Virus record (IMG/VR): IMGVR_UViG_3300037420_001238
Location: 3,306-67,305 of that record
Source: a virus
Taxonomy: Duplodnaviria; Caudoviricetes
Length of the DNA: 64,000 nucleotides
Direction: 5' to 3' (one strand)
Shown here: piece after piece, positions 32,538-41,725 of the stretch
Numbering within the stretch: the first letter of the stretch is position 1
Layout of the letters: every line of letters begins with the position of its first letter
The notes under the pieces: model-generated
What the model was told of the DNA's origin: nothing
Seen by the model: the letters and a program-made list of their open reading frames with translations, nothing else
Databases searched by the model: none
Position numbers and translations under genes: made by a program

Positions 32538-32703
32538 CGGTAGCTCTCCGTTCAGCGATGTTCTGGTTGGACTTGGCGATCTCTGCGGCAACCTGCTTGT
32601 CGATGCCGCGCAATTCAGCATCGTGCAGTTGCTTGGCGTACCAGGCGGCCACAGCGCCAAGAATGACGACGGTAGCGACGACATAGATGATGACTTTGCT
32701 CAT
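32446..32703 (-). CDS. i-spanin (Rz-like)
   Basis: N-terminal TM VIIYVVATVVILGAVAAW, helical periplasmic part and C-terminal Cys residues. Confidence 0.75.
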   Translation of the reverse strand: MSKVIIYVVATVVILGAVAAWYAKQLHDAELRGIDKQVAAEIAKSNQNIAERRATDAHFDKYDAAAVCHDFGLQWVFADGKSHCE

Positions 32704-33002
32704 GGCTGTTGCGCTCCGGGTTGCGGTTCGCCGTCGATCGCCGCCGGCGGATTCTTGTAGGGAAGCCCCGTGCCAGTGCGCCAGATGGCGGTAATATCCT
32801 GAATGGTGGCGAATCCCGTGTAGCCAAGCACCAAGACGGCGATCAGCCACAACCAGCCCTCTGCGATCGTCTGGTTGACGCGTGTGTCGGGGGCATTGAT
32901 CATCAACTGCAGCTGCCAGCAGCCCCAGCCGACGACGGGATAGAGAGCCAGGCGCCGCCAAGTCCAGCCCGGCTCGCCCGTATGCTTCGCTTCCTTGGCC
33001 AT
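32700..33002 (-). CDS. Holin candidate (2 TM)
   Basis: WTWRR followed by two TM segments; immediately after the endolysin. Confidence 0.65.
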   Translation of the reverse strand: MAKEAKHTGEPGWTWRRLALYPVVGWGCWQLQLMINAPDTRVNQTIAEGWLWLIAVLVLGYTGFATIQDITAIWRTGTGLPYKNPPAAIDGEPQPGAQQP

Positions 33003-33003
33003 C

Positions 33004-33633
33004 TCACCCCGCCTTCGCCGCCGCCTGGATGGCGGCCTTAAACTTTGCGGCATAGCCGGCGATCGTCGCGGCCTTGTCCGTGCCGTTGACGACGCGCCGC
33101 GCATTGACGAAATCCGGGTGTCCGGGGATCAGGAAATCGCCCAGCTTCTTGCCCGTCCACCAGCCCTCTTTGTTGCCGAGAAACAGGCTCATGGCCGACA
33201 CGAACGGATCGCGGCGCTGCTCGGGATTGGCGACCAGGTCGATGCCGAGGCCGAACAGTTCGTTCAGCCGCGTCGTCGCCTTGAGTGCGTTGCGCCGTCC
33301 TGTATTCTGCACATGGCCTTCGCCTCGGAAGCGATAGCCGTCACCCTTCTCCGTATTGCCGAGCTGCTGACCGAGCTTCGTGCCGGGCTCGTATTTGTCG
33401 AAATAGGAGACGGAGCCGTATTCGGTGATCGGCTGCATCGAGCGCGCCGTCTCATGGAAGGCCGTGCCGAGGTCATAGGCAAGATGGTCGGTCGGATTGG
33501 GGATGGTGTTGTCGTTGGCAAAGTGCTTGTCCCAGACGTCGAGCAAGTTTTCCATCCCCTCGACCTGAGAATGCGAAAGCTTGCCGGCGAACAGCGAGGT
33601 TCGCACGGCGTCGTAAAAGACGCTGCGGTTCAT
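33004..33633 (-). CDS. Endolysin, glycoside hydrolase family 19-like
   Basis: AYDLGTAFHET..MQPITEYG, YRFRGEGHVQNTG and FVNARRVVNG.DKA. Confidence 0.9.
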   Translation of the reverse strand: MNRSVFYDAVRTSLFAGKLSHSQVEGMENLLDVWDKHFANDNTIPNPTDHLAYDLGTAFHETARSMQPITEYGSVSYFDKYEPGTKLGQQLGNTEKGDGYRFRGEGHVQNTGRRNALKATTRLNELFGLGIDLVANPEQRRDPFVSAMSLFLGNKEGWWTGKKLGDFLIPGHPDFVNARRVVNGTDKAATIAGYAAKFKAAIQAAAKAG

Positions 33634-33749
33634 GATGATGTTTCCTGTTTCGGGGTGGCAAGTTCGGTGGATGTTCCCGCTATGTTGCCCAAGTCACAGC
33701 GATCCGCCTTGTTTTTCCGAAGCCGTTCAGATGGCACGCATCAACAAGA

Positions 33750-35027
33750 TCACGCCACCATTGCCGCGAGGCGGTTATCGTTCTGCGGCGTCAGAAACAG
33801 CGCCAGTTGCCGCAAGAAACCATTGAGATAATTGGCGTTGGCGCCATCTTGGCCGACACTGAAGACCGGCGTACCGGTCGGCAGTGTGCCGGAATTGTCA
33901 TTTGCTGGCGACCCCAGCGCCGATGTCACGCGCAAGGCAAAGTCATTGGCGCTCCATCGGACGGCGGCCTTGAAGCGACTGCTAGACGTCACTGCGTTGG
34001 TCGAAACAAGATCGCATTGCGTCACGCCGCCGTTGACGACAATGAAATGGACCTTGTTGTCTGTGCCGATGTAGAGCGCCAGGTAATTGTTGGCGTCAAC
34101 GCGGTTGATCCAAAGATAGCGGAGCGTACCGGAAGCGCCAAGCACATCCTCGCAATCGACGAAGGCACTGCCTTGTGCCAGCGAAACCATGCCCTCGGCA
34201 CGGGGGATTGTCACATCATCGGCAGATCGGGAAATTGCAGCATTGGTGGTGCGTATGGGAGATGTTGGAACAGCCAACTGCTCGAGCTGCGGCCAGCCAA
34301 AACGCAATGTGACATCTACGGCAGCCGCGTTGTTAACTGCCAATGCAGGTCCATTGTTGAGCCTGAGCGTGGACGCTGCCATTGTGGCAGTCGCTGTGAC
34401 CCTCTGCCATGACGAGTTCGGCGTGATTGATGTGCCGTAGTCGGCCCTTAAGACGGAACCAACTCCATCGGCTTCTCTAAGCCTGCATCGAGTGGCGGTT
34501 ATGTTTGTCAAGGAGCCGCCAACCAGCTTGACGAATAATGATCCAGTCCATGTTTGCCCGGAGGCAACCACGATTTGAGTGCTTGTTTCACATTGGATAG
34601 CCACTTCAGTGGCATTGGTCGTGCCAAAAAATCGCATATCGATGTAGTCGATACCCGCATCTGTGCCAGTGCCGACGATCTGCTGCGACAGTCCTGCCAG
34701 TCCTGCAATCCAGTTTGTCGGCAGGGTGCCCGGCGTGCCTGCGGCGGCCCCCTGCATTGAATTGTTGCGGACAGAATTCGTGGTCGCTTGCTCCAGCTTC
34801 AGCCCTCGATCCCGGCGACGAAGCAAACCGGAAGCGTCACTGCTCCAGTTGCCGCCGAGATCGTCTGTGTATGAGGCGCTGGCGCGCGTGAGCGACAGCA
34901 AGGCGGCATAGTCAGGCGAGCCATAAGCGCGCCCATAGGCGAAGTCGAGGTGCGGCAGCGAGCCAATCAACCACCAGGGCGACGAAATCAAGCCCAGGAG
35001 CAACTTCTTGCGAGACGACAGCGCCAT
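33750..35027 (-). CDS. Fibre/spike protein with carbohydrate-binding and LamG-like regions
   Basis: LDFAYGRAY, LTRAS.ASY, GLKLEQATTN, QLEQ...TSPIRT...SRSAD and a C-terminal LNGFLRQLALF. Confidence 0.7.
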   Translation of the reverse strand: MALSSRKKLLLGLISSPWWLIGSLPHLDFAYGRAYGSPDYAALLSLTRASASYTDDLGGNWSSDASGLLRRRDRGLKLEQATTNSVRNNSMQGAAAGTPGTLPTNWIAGLAGLSQQIVGTGTDAGIDYIDMRFFGTTNATEVAIQCETSTQIVVASGQTWTGSLFVKLVGGSLTNITATRCRLREADGVGSVLRADYGTSITPNSSWQRVTATATMAASTLRLNNGPALAVNNAAAVDVTLRFGWPQLEQLAVPTSPIRTTNAAISRSADDVTIPRAEGMVSLAQGSAFVDCEDVLGASGTLRYLWINRVDANNYLALYIGTDNKVHFIVVNGGVTQCDLVSTNAVTSSSRFKAAVRWSANDFALRVTSALGSPANDNSGTLPTGTPVFSVGQDGANANYLNGFLRQLALFLTPQNDNRLAAMVA

Positions 35028-35028
35028 G

Positions 35029-36777
35029 TCACACCGCCACCGCGTGCAGGGTCACAACATAGACTTCGCTGTTGGCGGCCGACGTGTAGCCGCCATTGGT
35101 CACCAGGTAGCCATAGAGGCTGGTGCTCGCGAGTTTGATCTGCTTGGCCAGACCAAAGACCTCGCAGTAGCAGGTCGACCCGAGATCGATTGGCGTGCCA
35201 AGGTCGATATAGCCGAGATATGATGACCGATCGCCAGACGGCAGATCCCAAGCTGCGTTGTCAGCCAACGCAGACGGTGGCGTGGCGCTGTACAGATAAA
35301 GCCTAAAACTCGTCATGCCAGACGGAATTGCCGAAATGTCGAGTTCCAACTGCGCGCCGGTGATCATGATCGTCGCGCCAGACGGTCCAGCATTGGCAAA
35401 AGTGAGTGCGCCGCCGACATCGTCGTTGGCGGAATAAGCAGTCGTGTTTGCCGGCCGCGTGATGGTCAGCGGAATATCGTAAGCTGCGGTTGTCTGGTTG
35501 ACGGGCAAAGTGCTCTGGTCTGATGGCAGAACGACCCGCATGGACTGTGCCATGGTGCCTTGACCAAGGGCAACCGGCAGAAGGGCAATTAGGGACGTGA
35601 GACGCTGCGCAATGCGCTGTAGCCTGCCATTGTGGCCGGCTGTGGCGGTATCAGACGCCGGAGCGGTTTCGTTGATCGCGCCTAATATCGCGTCGTCGGT
35701 GGCGATGTTGACGGCGGGGCTCTGCGCCACGGTGCGGGCGCCGAGCTGCGCCACGGCGCGGCCCGTCATGGTCGTAAGATTCTGCGCGATCCGTTGCAGC
35801 CGGCCGTTTAGACCTGACGACGCAGTGTCGCTGGCGGGAGCTGTTTCAGTCAGCGATCCGACCTTCGCTTGAAGGTCATCATCACTGGCGATGGTCACCG
35901 CCAAAGAACCGGATTTCGTCGTCTGCCCAAGTACCGCGGGAACCTGGGCGATGAGCGAGGTCAGGCGTTGAGCGACTCTCTGCAAACGGCCATTCAGACC
36001 CGAAGATGCGGTATCAGACGCCGGAGCGGTTTCCGTCAAAGACCCGATCTTGCCCTGGATATCATCGTCACTGGCAATCGTGACGGGGTGCGAGGCCGCC
36101 TTGACACCTTGGCCGAACGCAAGCTGGGTGCTGAGTTTGTCCCAGATCGCGGACAGCCAGCCGATGGTGCCAGAGCCTCCCGCGCCGAGGGCAGTGACAG
36201 CCGTCACCTTCGCGCCGAAAAGCGAAGTTAGATTTTGGGCAATCCTCTGAAGCCGACCATTTAGGCCAGAACTTGCCGTATCATTCGCCGGCGCAGTTTC
36301 GGTGAGAGCGCCAAGCTTACCCTGCAGATCGTCGTCGCTTGCAACGGTGACCGACAGTGAGCCGGTTTTCACTCCCTGGCCGTATGCGAGCTTTGTCCAG
36401 ATCGCCTTGAGGATGGCGACGATGGTGCCGTTACCGGTGCCGCTCCACGCGGCGTCTCCGATGGCACCTTCGGCTGCAGACCCGCCACTGCCCGAAGTGA
36501 TGACGACCTGGTCGACCGAAACCTTCACGTTGTCGTTGCTATCGCCGAGCCAACCGTAGAGATTCTCGCCTGCGTCGAGCGACGACTGGATAGATTCGTC
36601 GCTATTGAGCACACGATACGCGGAATCGTCATCAGGCTCGCCGACGGGCAGGCTGGACGCCTCTCTCAGCTTGATGACGCCACGCGTGCGCAGTTCGATA
36701 TCGAAGTTGCCGGGACCGGACGCGATAAGGCCCCACGCATTCGGGGCGAGGTCAACGACAGTGATCGCCATCGTCAT
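35029..36777 (-). CDS. Repeat-rich fibre-like virion protein
   Basis: Four copies of ETAPAxDTAxxGxNGRLQRxAQxLT; C-terminal ITRPANTTAYSAND domain. Confidence 0.7.
   Translation of the reverse strand: MTMAITVVDLAPNAWGLIASGPGNFDIELRTRGVIKLREASSLPVGEPDDDSAYRVLNSDESIQSSLDAGENLYGWLGDSNDNVKVSVDQVVITSGSGGSAAEGAIGDAAWSGTGNGTIVAILKAIWTKLAYGQGVKTGSLSVTVASDDDLQGKLGALTETAPANDTASSGLNGRLQRIAQNLTSLFGAKVTAVTALGAGGSGTIGWLSAIWDKLSTQLAFGQGVKAASHPVTIASDDDIQGKIGSLTETAPASDTASSGLNGRLQRVAQRLTSLIAQVPAVLGQTTKSGSLAVTIASDDDLQAKVGSLTETAPASDTASSGLNGRLQRIAQNLTTMTGRAVAQLGARTVAQSPAVNIATDDAILGAINETAPASDTATAGHNGRLQRIAQRLTSLIALLPVALGQGTMAQSMRVVLPSDQSTLPVNQTTAAYDIPLTITRPANTTAYSANDDVGGALTFANAGPSGATIMITGAQLELDISAIPSGMTSFRLYLYSATPPSALADNAAWDLPSGDRSSYLGYIDLGTPIDLGSTCYCEVFGLAKQIKLASTSLYGYLVTNGGYTSAANSEVYVVTLHAVAV
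35590..36345 (-). repeat. Intragenic dispersed repeats (4 x ~40 aa)
   Basis: The DNA repeat GTATCAGACGCCGGAGCGGTTTC occurs twice; the protein repeat occurs four times. Confidence 0.9.
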
Positions 36778-36926
36778 TTCTCCAATCTGGAATTTTGGTG
36801 GTCGTAAAAGGGGGCGAAGCGGCCGGTTCTGGCATTCTGCCGGTCGAGCGCGGCGCGCGCGAAGTCATTGCTGGACAGCTTCTGCCCGGTGACTGTGAAG
36901 TTTATGACGATGGTCCTCTTGACATG

Positions 36927-36950
36927 AAAAAGGCCCGCCGAAGCGAGCCC
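36927..36950 (-). terminator. Rho-independent terminator
   Basis: Minus strand reads GGGCTCGC-TTCG-GCGGGCC-TTTTT. Confidence 0.8.
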
Positions 36951-37065
36951 TGAATGTCACTTCATGACCTAGCGGTCAGGCGGGGATGTGATCTGAGCTA
37001 AAATCTTGCAATTTGGTCGCGGCTCTGGGTAGATTGCAGGTTCCGCACCTAGCAAGGGATATGTT

Positions 37066-38046
37066 GTGGCAATTCATCGTTGGGATATTGAAGATAAGGA
37101 CATTTTCGACCCTGTTTTCTCGCAGTGGTCACCCATGAAAATATTGCTCAAGACACGCGATGACCCTTGGTTTATCAGAGAGTGGTACGCGCATCATGCC
37201 GCCATTGTGGGGCCTGAGAACATCATCATTTTCGACAACGGCTCATCTGACCCAGAAGTGCTCGCGTTTTACATCGAAGTCGAGAAGACGACGCAGATCG
37301 TCATAAACTCCTTTGCGATGAATCACATCCACAATGTGCATAAGAATGCCGCGCTCTACGGACACCTGAAAAAATCATGCGACTACTTCAGCGTCCTCGA
37401 TACGGACGAACGGTTGCTGATGCTCTCCTCTCCGGAGAAAGTCGCACATCCCAGCGAGATCGTCGACGCACTTCCTGAATATTTCGCGAGGGGTGCCGAT
37501 TTTGTGGCGCCGCTTTGGCTAGGCAATGCACATCGATCGTCTCGCAACTTCCGTCTCTCCGATGAAACTGAACTTCTTAACAGTCTGCGGTGGGGGAAGC
37601 CTATCGTTGGATCCACCAATGTTCCGACGGGTTTCATAAATCACAACTGTCAAATCGGCCAGTTGACGACCAAAGTCGCCTCTGAGTCACGATTTTTGGT
37701 ACTGCATCTAAAGAACCTGTCACCTGAACAACGCATCTCCGCAAACATGCGCAAGCTGGAGAACTATGGTTTCATCGAGCCCGGGACGTCTCCAGAACAG
37801 GCCATCCTCTGCGACACCAACAAAATCAAGAAGGGCGATGCGGTCTATTGGGTGAATGAACTTAGGAGTCTGCTGCAATCAAAGGATATGCCTGAGCAGC
37901 GCGGTTCAATGACGATCGAAGACGGTAGAGTTACGTTTCGGACGGAGGAGTCAAGGGCACTTCTGACTGAATTTTGCCGGGATGCGAGCCAGTTTTATGA
38001 TGGCTCGGGCGTTGCCTTGTTACCACCGCTTGCGGCTCAGGTTTAG
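37066..38046 (+). CDS. Glycosyltransferase family 2-like moron (Glyco_tranf_2_4 type)
   Basis: IREWYAHH...IIIFDNGSSD and VLDTDE (DxD). Antisense to the late operon and visibly more AT-rich. Alternative start at 37135. Confidence 0.85.
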   Translation: MAIHRWDIEDKDIFDPVFSQWSPMKILLKTRDDPWFIREWYAHHAAIVGPENIIIFDNGSSDPEVLAFYIEVEKTTQIVINSFAMNHIHNVHKNAALYGHLKKSCDYFSVLDTDERLLMLSSPEKVAHPSEIVDALPEYFARGADFVAPLWLGNAHRSSRNFRLSDETELLNSLRWGKPIVGSTNVPTGFINHNCQIGQLTTKVASESRFLVLHLKNLSPEQRISANMRKLENYGFIEPGTSPEQAILCDTNKIKKGDAVYWVNELRSLLQSKDMPEQRGSMTIEDGRVTFRTEESRALLTEFCRDASQFYDGSGVALLPPLAAQV

Positions 38047-38176
38047 GTTCCTCAATATTCGCCTTCTCGATCGCCTTCTTAAGTTCATAGGCGTCATCAA
38101 GCGCCACACCGGCGATTGCAGTGCCGGCGATCAGATCGAGGAGCATCTTGCGGTGCTTTTCATTGTCGAGCTTCAT
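37931..38176 (-). CDS. Small tail-fibre-associated protein
   Basis: MKLDNEKHRKMLLDLI follows the fibre stop directly; its 3' end overlaps the GT gene in antisense. Confidence 0.55.
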   Translation of the reverse strand: MKLDNEKHRKMLLDLIAGTAIAGVALDDAYELKKAIEKANIEEPKPEPQAVVTRQRPSHHKTGSHPGKIQSEVPLTPPSET

Positions 38177-38177
38177 T

Positions 38178-39605
38178 TTAGGTTCCAAGTCCATTGTTGA
38201 CGAGAGCCGTGCGCAACGCGTTGATCGCGGTGCAGATATTGATATTGGTTTCAGCCCCACCGGTCGAAAGGGCAGCTGAAAGCGTCTGCTTGCCCACCGG
38301 AGAATTGCCATTGAACGCCACGCCGATGTCGCTCCACCTGACTTTCGTTCCGCCGGTCGAGCTCGCTAGAGAGCCGAGTCCAGTGCCTTTTGTTTGTATG
38401 GTCACTGGGATATTTGCATCCGCTCCGACCGCCTGCATTTGAGGAGCACCGCCGGCCGCGGCGTCGTAAAACTGGAAATAATTGACCGCGTTGGTGAGGT
38501 GGCCAAACTTGACGAACGCAGCGCCTCCACGGTTTGCAATTGATAGGCCGTTATCACTCATGACGATTCCAACTGAATTGTTGGAGTCATCGACCTGCGA
38601 GCGGATGAAGGCAGCCTTCACCGAAGGGTTGGTTGGGGCGAACCATTGTATTTCTTGTGCCCGACCGAACTGGATTGCAGGCGCCGCACCAGTGTCGCCG
38701 GCAGAACCGTCAGTTCCGATGATTGCATCATTCGCGAAGAGAATTCCCGTGTTCCACCCAGTGTATGCTGGGTTGAGCGTGTTGACGCTCTTAACGAAGA
38801 CAATGCCGGCATTCGGTGGCGCGGTCTGCTGGCCGCCGTAGCGATTATCGCCGCCACCGTTGAGCCATAGGCCAAACGCTCCACCGGTACTGCTGGTGGA
38901 ATACGGTCGGCTGAGTTTGTTGGCGCCCTTGTTCTTGACGGCGAGTTCAAGGGCGTAGGAGGAACCGACATCGCCGACAGGTTCGTGCTGAACATCACCA
39001 TACAATGCCCAAACGGTCGGATACACTGACGGAGAATGCGAATTCTGATCGCCATCGTTGATAACCGCTCCGCCGACACCGATGCAGGCGCCACCGCCAG
39101 GCACATCGGCGTCGGCGCCGCTGTCACTGCGGCGAGACAAACCCGAAATAGCGATCAGACCCTTTGTCGCCATCACGGTCAAATTGCTGTCACGCGGAAG
39201 CCAACCCGGTCCAGACGAGCCAAGCGGAAGCCATGACCCGAAATTACCGCGAGCATCAGAGCCCGAGGCTGCCGCCCCGACAAACACCCTATCGGTGATC
39301 CGATGCACGAATGGCGGCGTATCGGGGGTGATATCCGACCACATTCCAGAAATATCCTGGCGGTCGAACTGCATGTCTTCAGCGTCGATTTGCCAAACTG
39401 CACCGCCGCTCACCCCTAAAAATGTGGCCACGCCACTAGCAACAACGGGCTTTCCAGCCAGTTCTGCGTCAAGGTCGGAGAGGTTGAGTTTCGAATCGAG
39501 CGCCGTGTCTACCTGCCCTTTGGAATAAACGTCGGCGGCGCTACGAAGCGCAGAAGCCAGGGAAGCAGCCTCGCTGCCTGGACTCTCAATCGGCAGATTA
39601 GTCAT
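38178..39605 (-). CDS. Tail fibre / receptor-binding protein
   Basis: G/A/S-rich beta-structured body; AVNYFQFYDAAAGGAP...GADANIPV...KGTG module. Confidence 0.7.
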   Translation of the reverse strand: MTNLPIESPGSEAASLASALRSAADVYSKGQVDTALDSKLNLSDLDAELAGKPVVASGVATFLGVSGGAVWQIDAEDMQFDRQDISGMWSDITPDTPPFVHRITDRVFVGAAASGSDARGNFGSWLPLGSSGPGWLPRDSNLTVMATKGLIAISGLSRRSDSGADADVPGGGACIGVGGAVINDGDQNSHSPSVYPTVWALYGDVQHEPVGDVGSSYALELAVKNKGANKLSRPYSTSSTGGAFGLWLNGGGDNRYGGQQTAPPNAGIVFVKSVNTLNPAYTGWNTGILFANDAIIGTDGSAGDTGAAPAIQFGRAQEIQWFAPTNPSVKAAFIRSQVDDSNNSVGIVMSDNGLSIANRGGAAFVKFGHLTNAVNYFQFYDAAAGGAPQMQAVGADANIPVTIQTKGTGLGSLASSTGGTKVRWSDIGVAFNGNSPVGKQTLSAALSTGGAETNINICTAINALRTALVNNGLGT

Positions 39606-39726
39606 CGCTCACCTGTTTCATAAGCTTCTTGCCGTGGAAGGTCAGGAACTCACTGTTAAACAGCAGAAACTGGAAATCGCCCGGCGCAGTGCTGTCGTCA
39701 CGAGTGGTCGGCTCGAAGTCGGCCAT
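39598..39726 (-). CDS. Small hypothetical protein
   Basis: GAGG RBS; MADFEPTTRDD...; overlaps the fibre start. Confidence 0.4.
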   Translation of the reverse strand: MADFEPTTRDDSTAPGDFQFLLFNSEFLTFHGKKLMKQVSDD

Positions 39727-39764
39727 CACAGCTTCGTCCTCTCGATGCTCAAGCTCTGTAGGCA

Positions 39765-40046
39765 TCAGGCTTTGATTACCTCGATCGTCTTGGCGGAATC
39801 GCCTTTTGGGCAAACCCACACGCGATCACTGGCGGAGAGGTTTTTCATCCCCGGGAACGGGCGGGAGGCGACCAGCGTGTAGAAATCCGTCCAATCGTCC
39901 GGTGGAAGATCAGTCGGCACTGATGTGCCGGCGTAGATGTAGACGGAGCCTGCCTCTCGTACCTTGAAGATGACCGTCTGATCGCCGTCGGCAATCAACG
40001 TCCATTGGCCGGCTGGGCATGGAATGCCCTCCGTTGTCAGTGCCAT
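39765..40046 (-). CDS. Small virion-associated hypothetical protein
   Basis: RBS AGGAGA; in the late operon. Confidence 0.7.
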   Translation of the reverse strand: MALTTEGIPCPAGQWTLIADGDQTVIFKVREAGSVYIYAGTSVPTDLPPDDWTDFYTLVASRPFPGMKNLSASDRVWVCPKGDSAKTIEVIKA

Positions 40047-40061
40047 GTTTGGATCTCCTGA

Positions 40062-41078
40062 TTATCGCTTGTCTACGCCGGCGCCGCTCTGCGGCTGCTT
40101 GAGGCTCAATTCCGTCTCAAAGCCGGAGCCTTTCGACAGGTTGTGGGTGACGGATGAAATCCGGTAGGAGCCGTCGATCCCAGGTCTGATGCCGGAGATC
40201 TGGCAGAGCGCTTCCGGCTCGGCATAGACGTCGCCGAGGATGGTGGCGGTACCTCCGCCCTTCTCTCGATCGGATGTCTTGCTAGAGGACTCGCCCTTCT
40301 TCTTGGCCTGATCTTCGTTGGCAGCCGTGATGACATGCCGGAGTGCGGAGTCGACGTCATCGACGCCCGTCTCCACCGGAACCTTCACCCGCTCGCCCTT
40401 GGCGATGTCGAAATAACTGACCTCGACGTTCTTGAACTTCGGCCGCGAGATGATCGGGCTGATGTTGCCGGAGATCAGATTGACGCCGTATGCCGCCGAG
40501 ATAGGCGTGAGCGGACGACCGGACGCGGAGATACCCTCGTTGAGAGCCACCATGAACGCACGGCTGCCGATGATCTTGAAGGAGGCGCCCACCTCCTTGG
40601 CGATCCTCTGCCCCCACGACATGAAGCTCTCCGTCTGGGAAAGCCAATAGGGGCGCTGTACGCTCGCGATCGATCCGGCCACTGTAACGGCCAACCCGAC
40701 CTTCGAACCCCATTCCTGGGCCACGCTGGACAGGCTGGCGTCGTCTTTATGCTTGAGCTTCGGTTCCTTGACGGCGGAGCCCTGATCGATGCTGCTGCAG
40801 GAGATCTCCATCGTCCTGCCGTCGCTCTTGCCGAAGTCGTAGGAGACGTCGGAAACGAAGCCCTCGAATGCGAGAGCACCGTTGATCATGACCTGGACGG
40901 GCGCCCTCTCCTGCGGCAGCAGTATCAGACCGTCCTGATCCGAGAGCTTCAGCGTGCACTCGTCTGACGCTTCGCCAGAGGCGCGGGTTATCTTGATCGA
41001 AAGCAGATGCGGATCGAACCGGCTGGTGACGTCCTGGCCGGAGACGATCACCTGATAGTCATTGCTGACGAACGGCAT
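40062..41078 (-). CDS. Baseplate hub / late control protein D (P2 gpD-like)
   Basis: GQDVT.R...LLSIKIT...SDEC.L.LSD, Q.ESFM.WG.RIA and SY.I.SV.H.LSK..GF.TEL.L. Confidence 0.9.
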   Translation of the reverse strand: MPFVSNDYQVIVSGQDVTSRFDPHLLSIKITRASGEASDECTLKLSDQDGLILLPQERAPVQVMINGALAFEGFVSDVSYDFGKSDGRTMEISCSSIDQGSAVKEPKLKHKDDASLSSVAQEWGSKVGLAVTVAGSIASVQRPYWLSQTESFMSWGQRIAKEVGASFKIIGSRAFMVALNEGISASGRPLTPISAAYGVNLISGNISPIISRPKFKNVEVSYFDIAKGERVKVPVETGVDDVDSALRHVITAANEDQAKKKGESSSKTSDREKGGGTATILGDVYAEPEALCQISGIRPGIDGSYRISSVTHNLSKGSGFETELSLKQPQSGAGVDKR

Positions 41079-41081
41079 CCG

Positions 41082-41309
41082 TCAGTCCCAGAGCCTGATC
41101 ACGTCACGGCGGGCCTGGCTTTCGGTCAGCGCTTCGACCGGAAACGAAATGACGGTGCCGACCGGCACCTCCAACGCTTCTGCTAGGCCGGGATTGAGAT
41201 CGAAGACCTTGGCGATGAAGCCGTCCGGCTGCCGGTTGAACTTGCGCCAGATGATATTGGCCACCGTGAGACCTTCGATCATCACGGTCTCCTGCAGGAT
41301 CGTGGTCAT
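41082..41309 (-). CDS. Tail protein X (P2 gpX-like)
   Basis: VFDLNPGLAE...VPVGTVISFP and IRLWD. Confidence 0.9.
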   Translation of the reverse strand: MTTILQETVMIEGLTVANIIWRKFNRQPDGFIAKVFDLNPGLAEALEVPVGTVISFPVEALTESQARRDVIRLWD

Positions 41310-41725
41310 AGGAAGAGCCTCAACAGTGATTCCGCGCCGCCGATGCCAGGGCTGTCGGCGCGGAGCAGGTCGACAGTGTAATCGATCTCCTGGCCGATGC
41401 CTTCAAGGTAGAGCTCGGAGTCATCGCGCGAGATCTTGTCGATCAGAAACCAGCCCATCGGCACATAGTCGCCGCGGAGCAGCGGCAGCGGCGTCTTCGC
41501 CTGGCGGGCGGCCTCAAGTGCCGCCAGCCCATTCAACGCGCCCTGGAAGAAATAAGGGTGAAGCGTGCCCTTCAAGGTCATGGTCGACTCATCGTCACCC
41601 GTGTCCTCATAGACCGGGGCGGCGCCCATGACGTCATGTTTGGCGAAGCTCGACTTTGTCTCCATGCTGATCGTCTGGAGATCGTTCTTCAGGTTGAAGA
41701 CGACAGGGCCAAGGCAAGCGAGCAT
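41306..41725 (-). CDS. Tail tube initiator (P2 gpU-like)
   Basis: MLACLGPVVF, MTLKGTLHP and PMGWFLIDKI. Confidence 0.9.
   Translation of the reverse strand: MLACLGPVVFNLKNDLQTISMETKSSFAKHDVMGAAPVYEDTGDDESTMTLKGTLHPYFFQGALNGLAALEAARQAKTPLPLLRGDYVPMGWFLIDKISRDDSELYLEGIGQEIDYTVDLLRADSPGIGGAESLLRLFL

Noticed and set aside
35590-36345. CRISPR-like or DGR-like repeats
   Set aside because: The repeats are in-frame coding repeats. No cas gene, reverse transcriptase or TR/VR pair is visible in the window.
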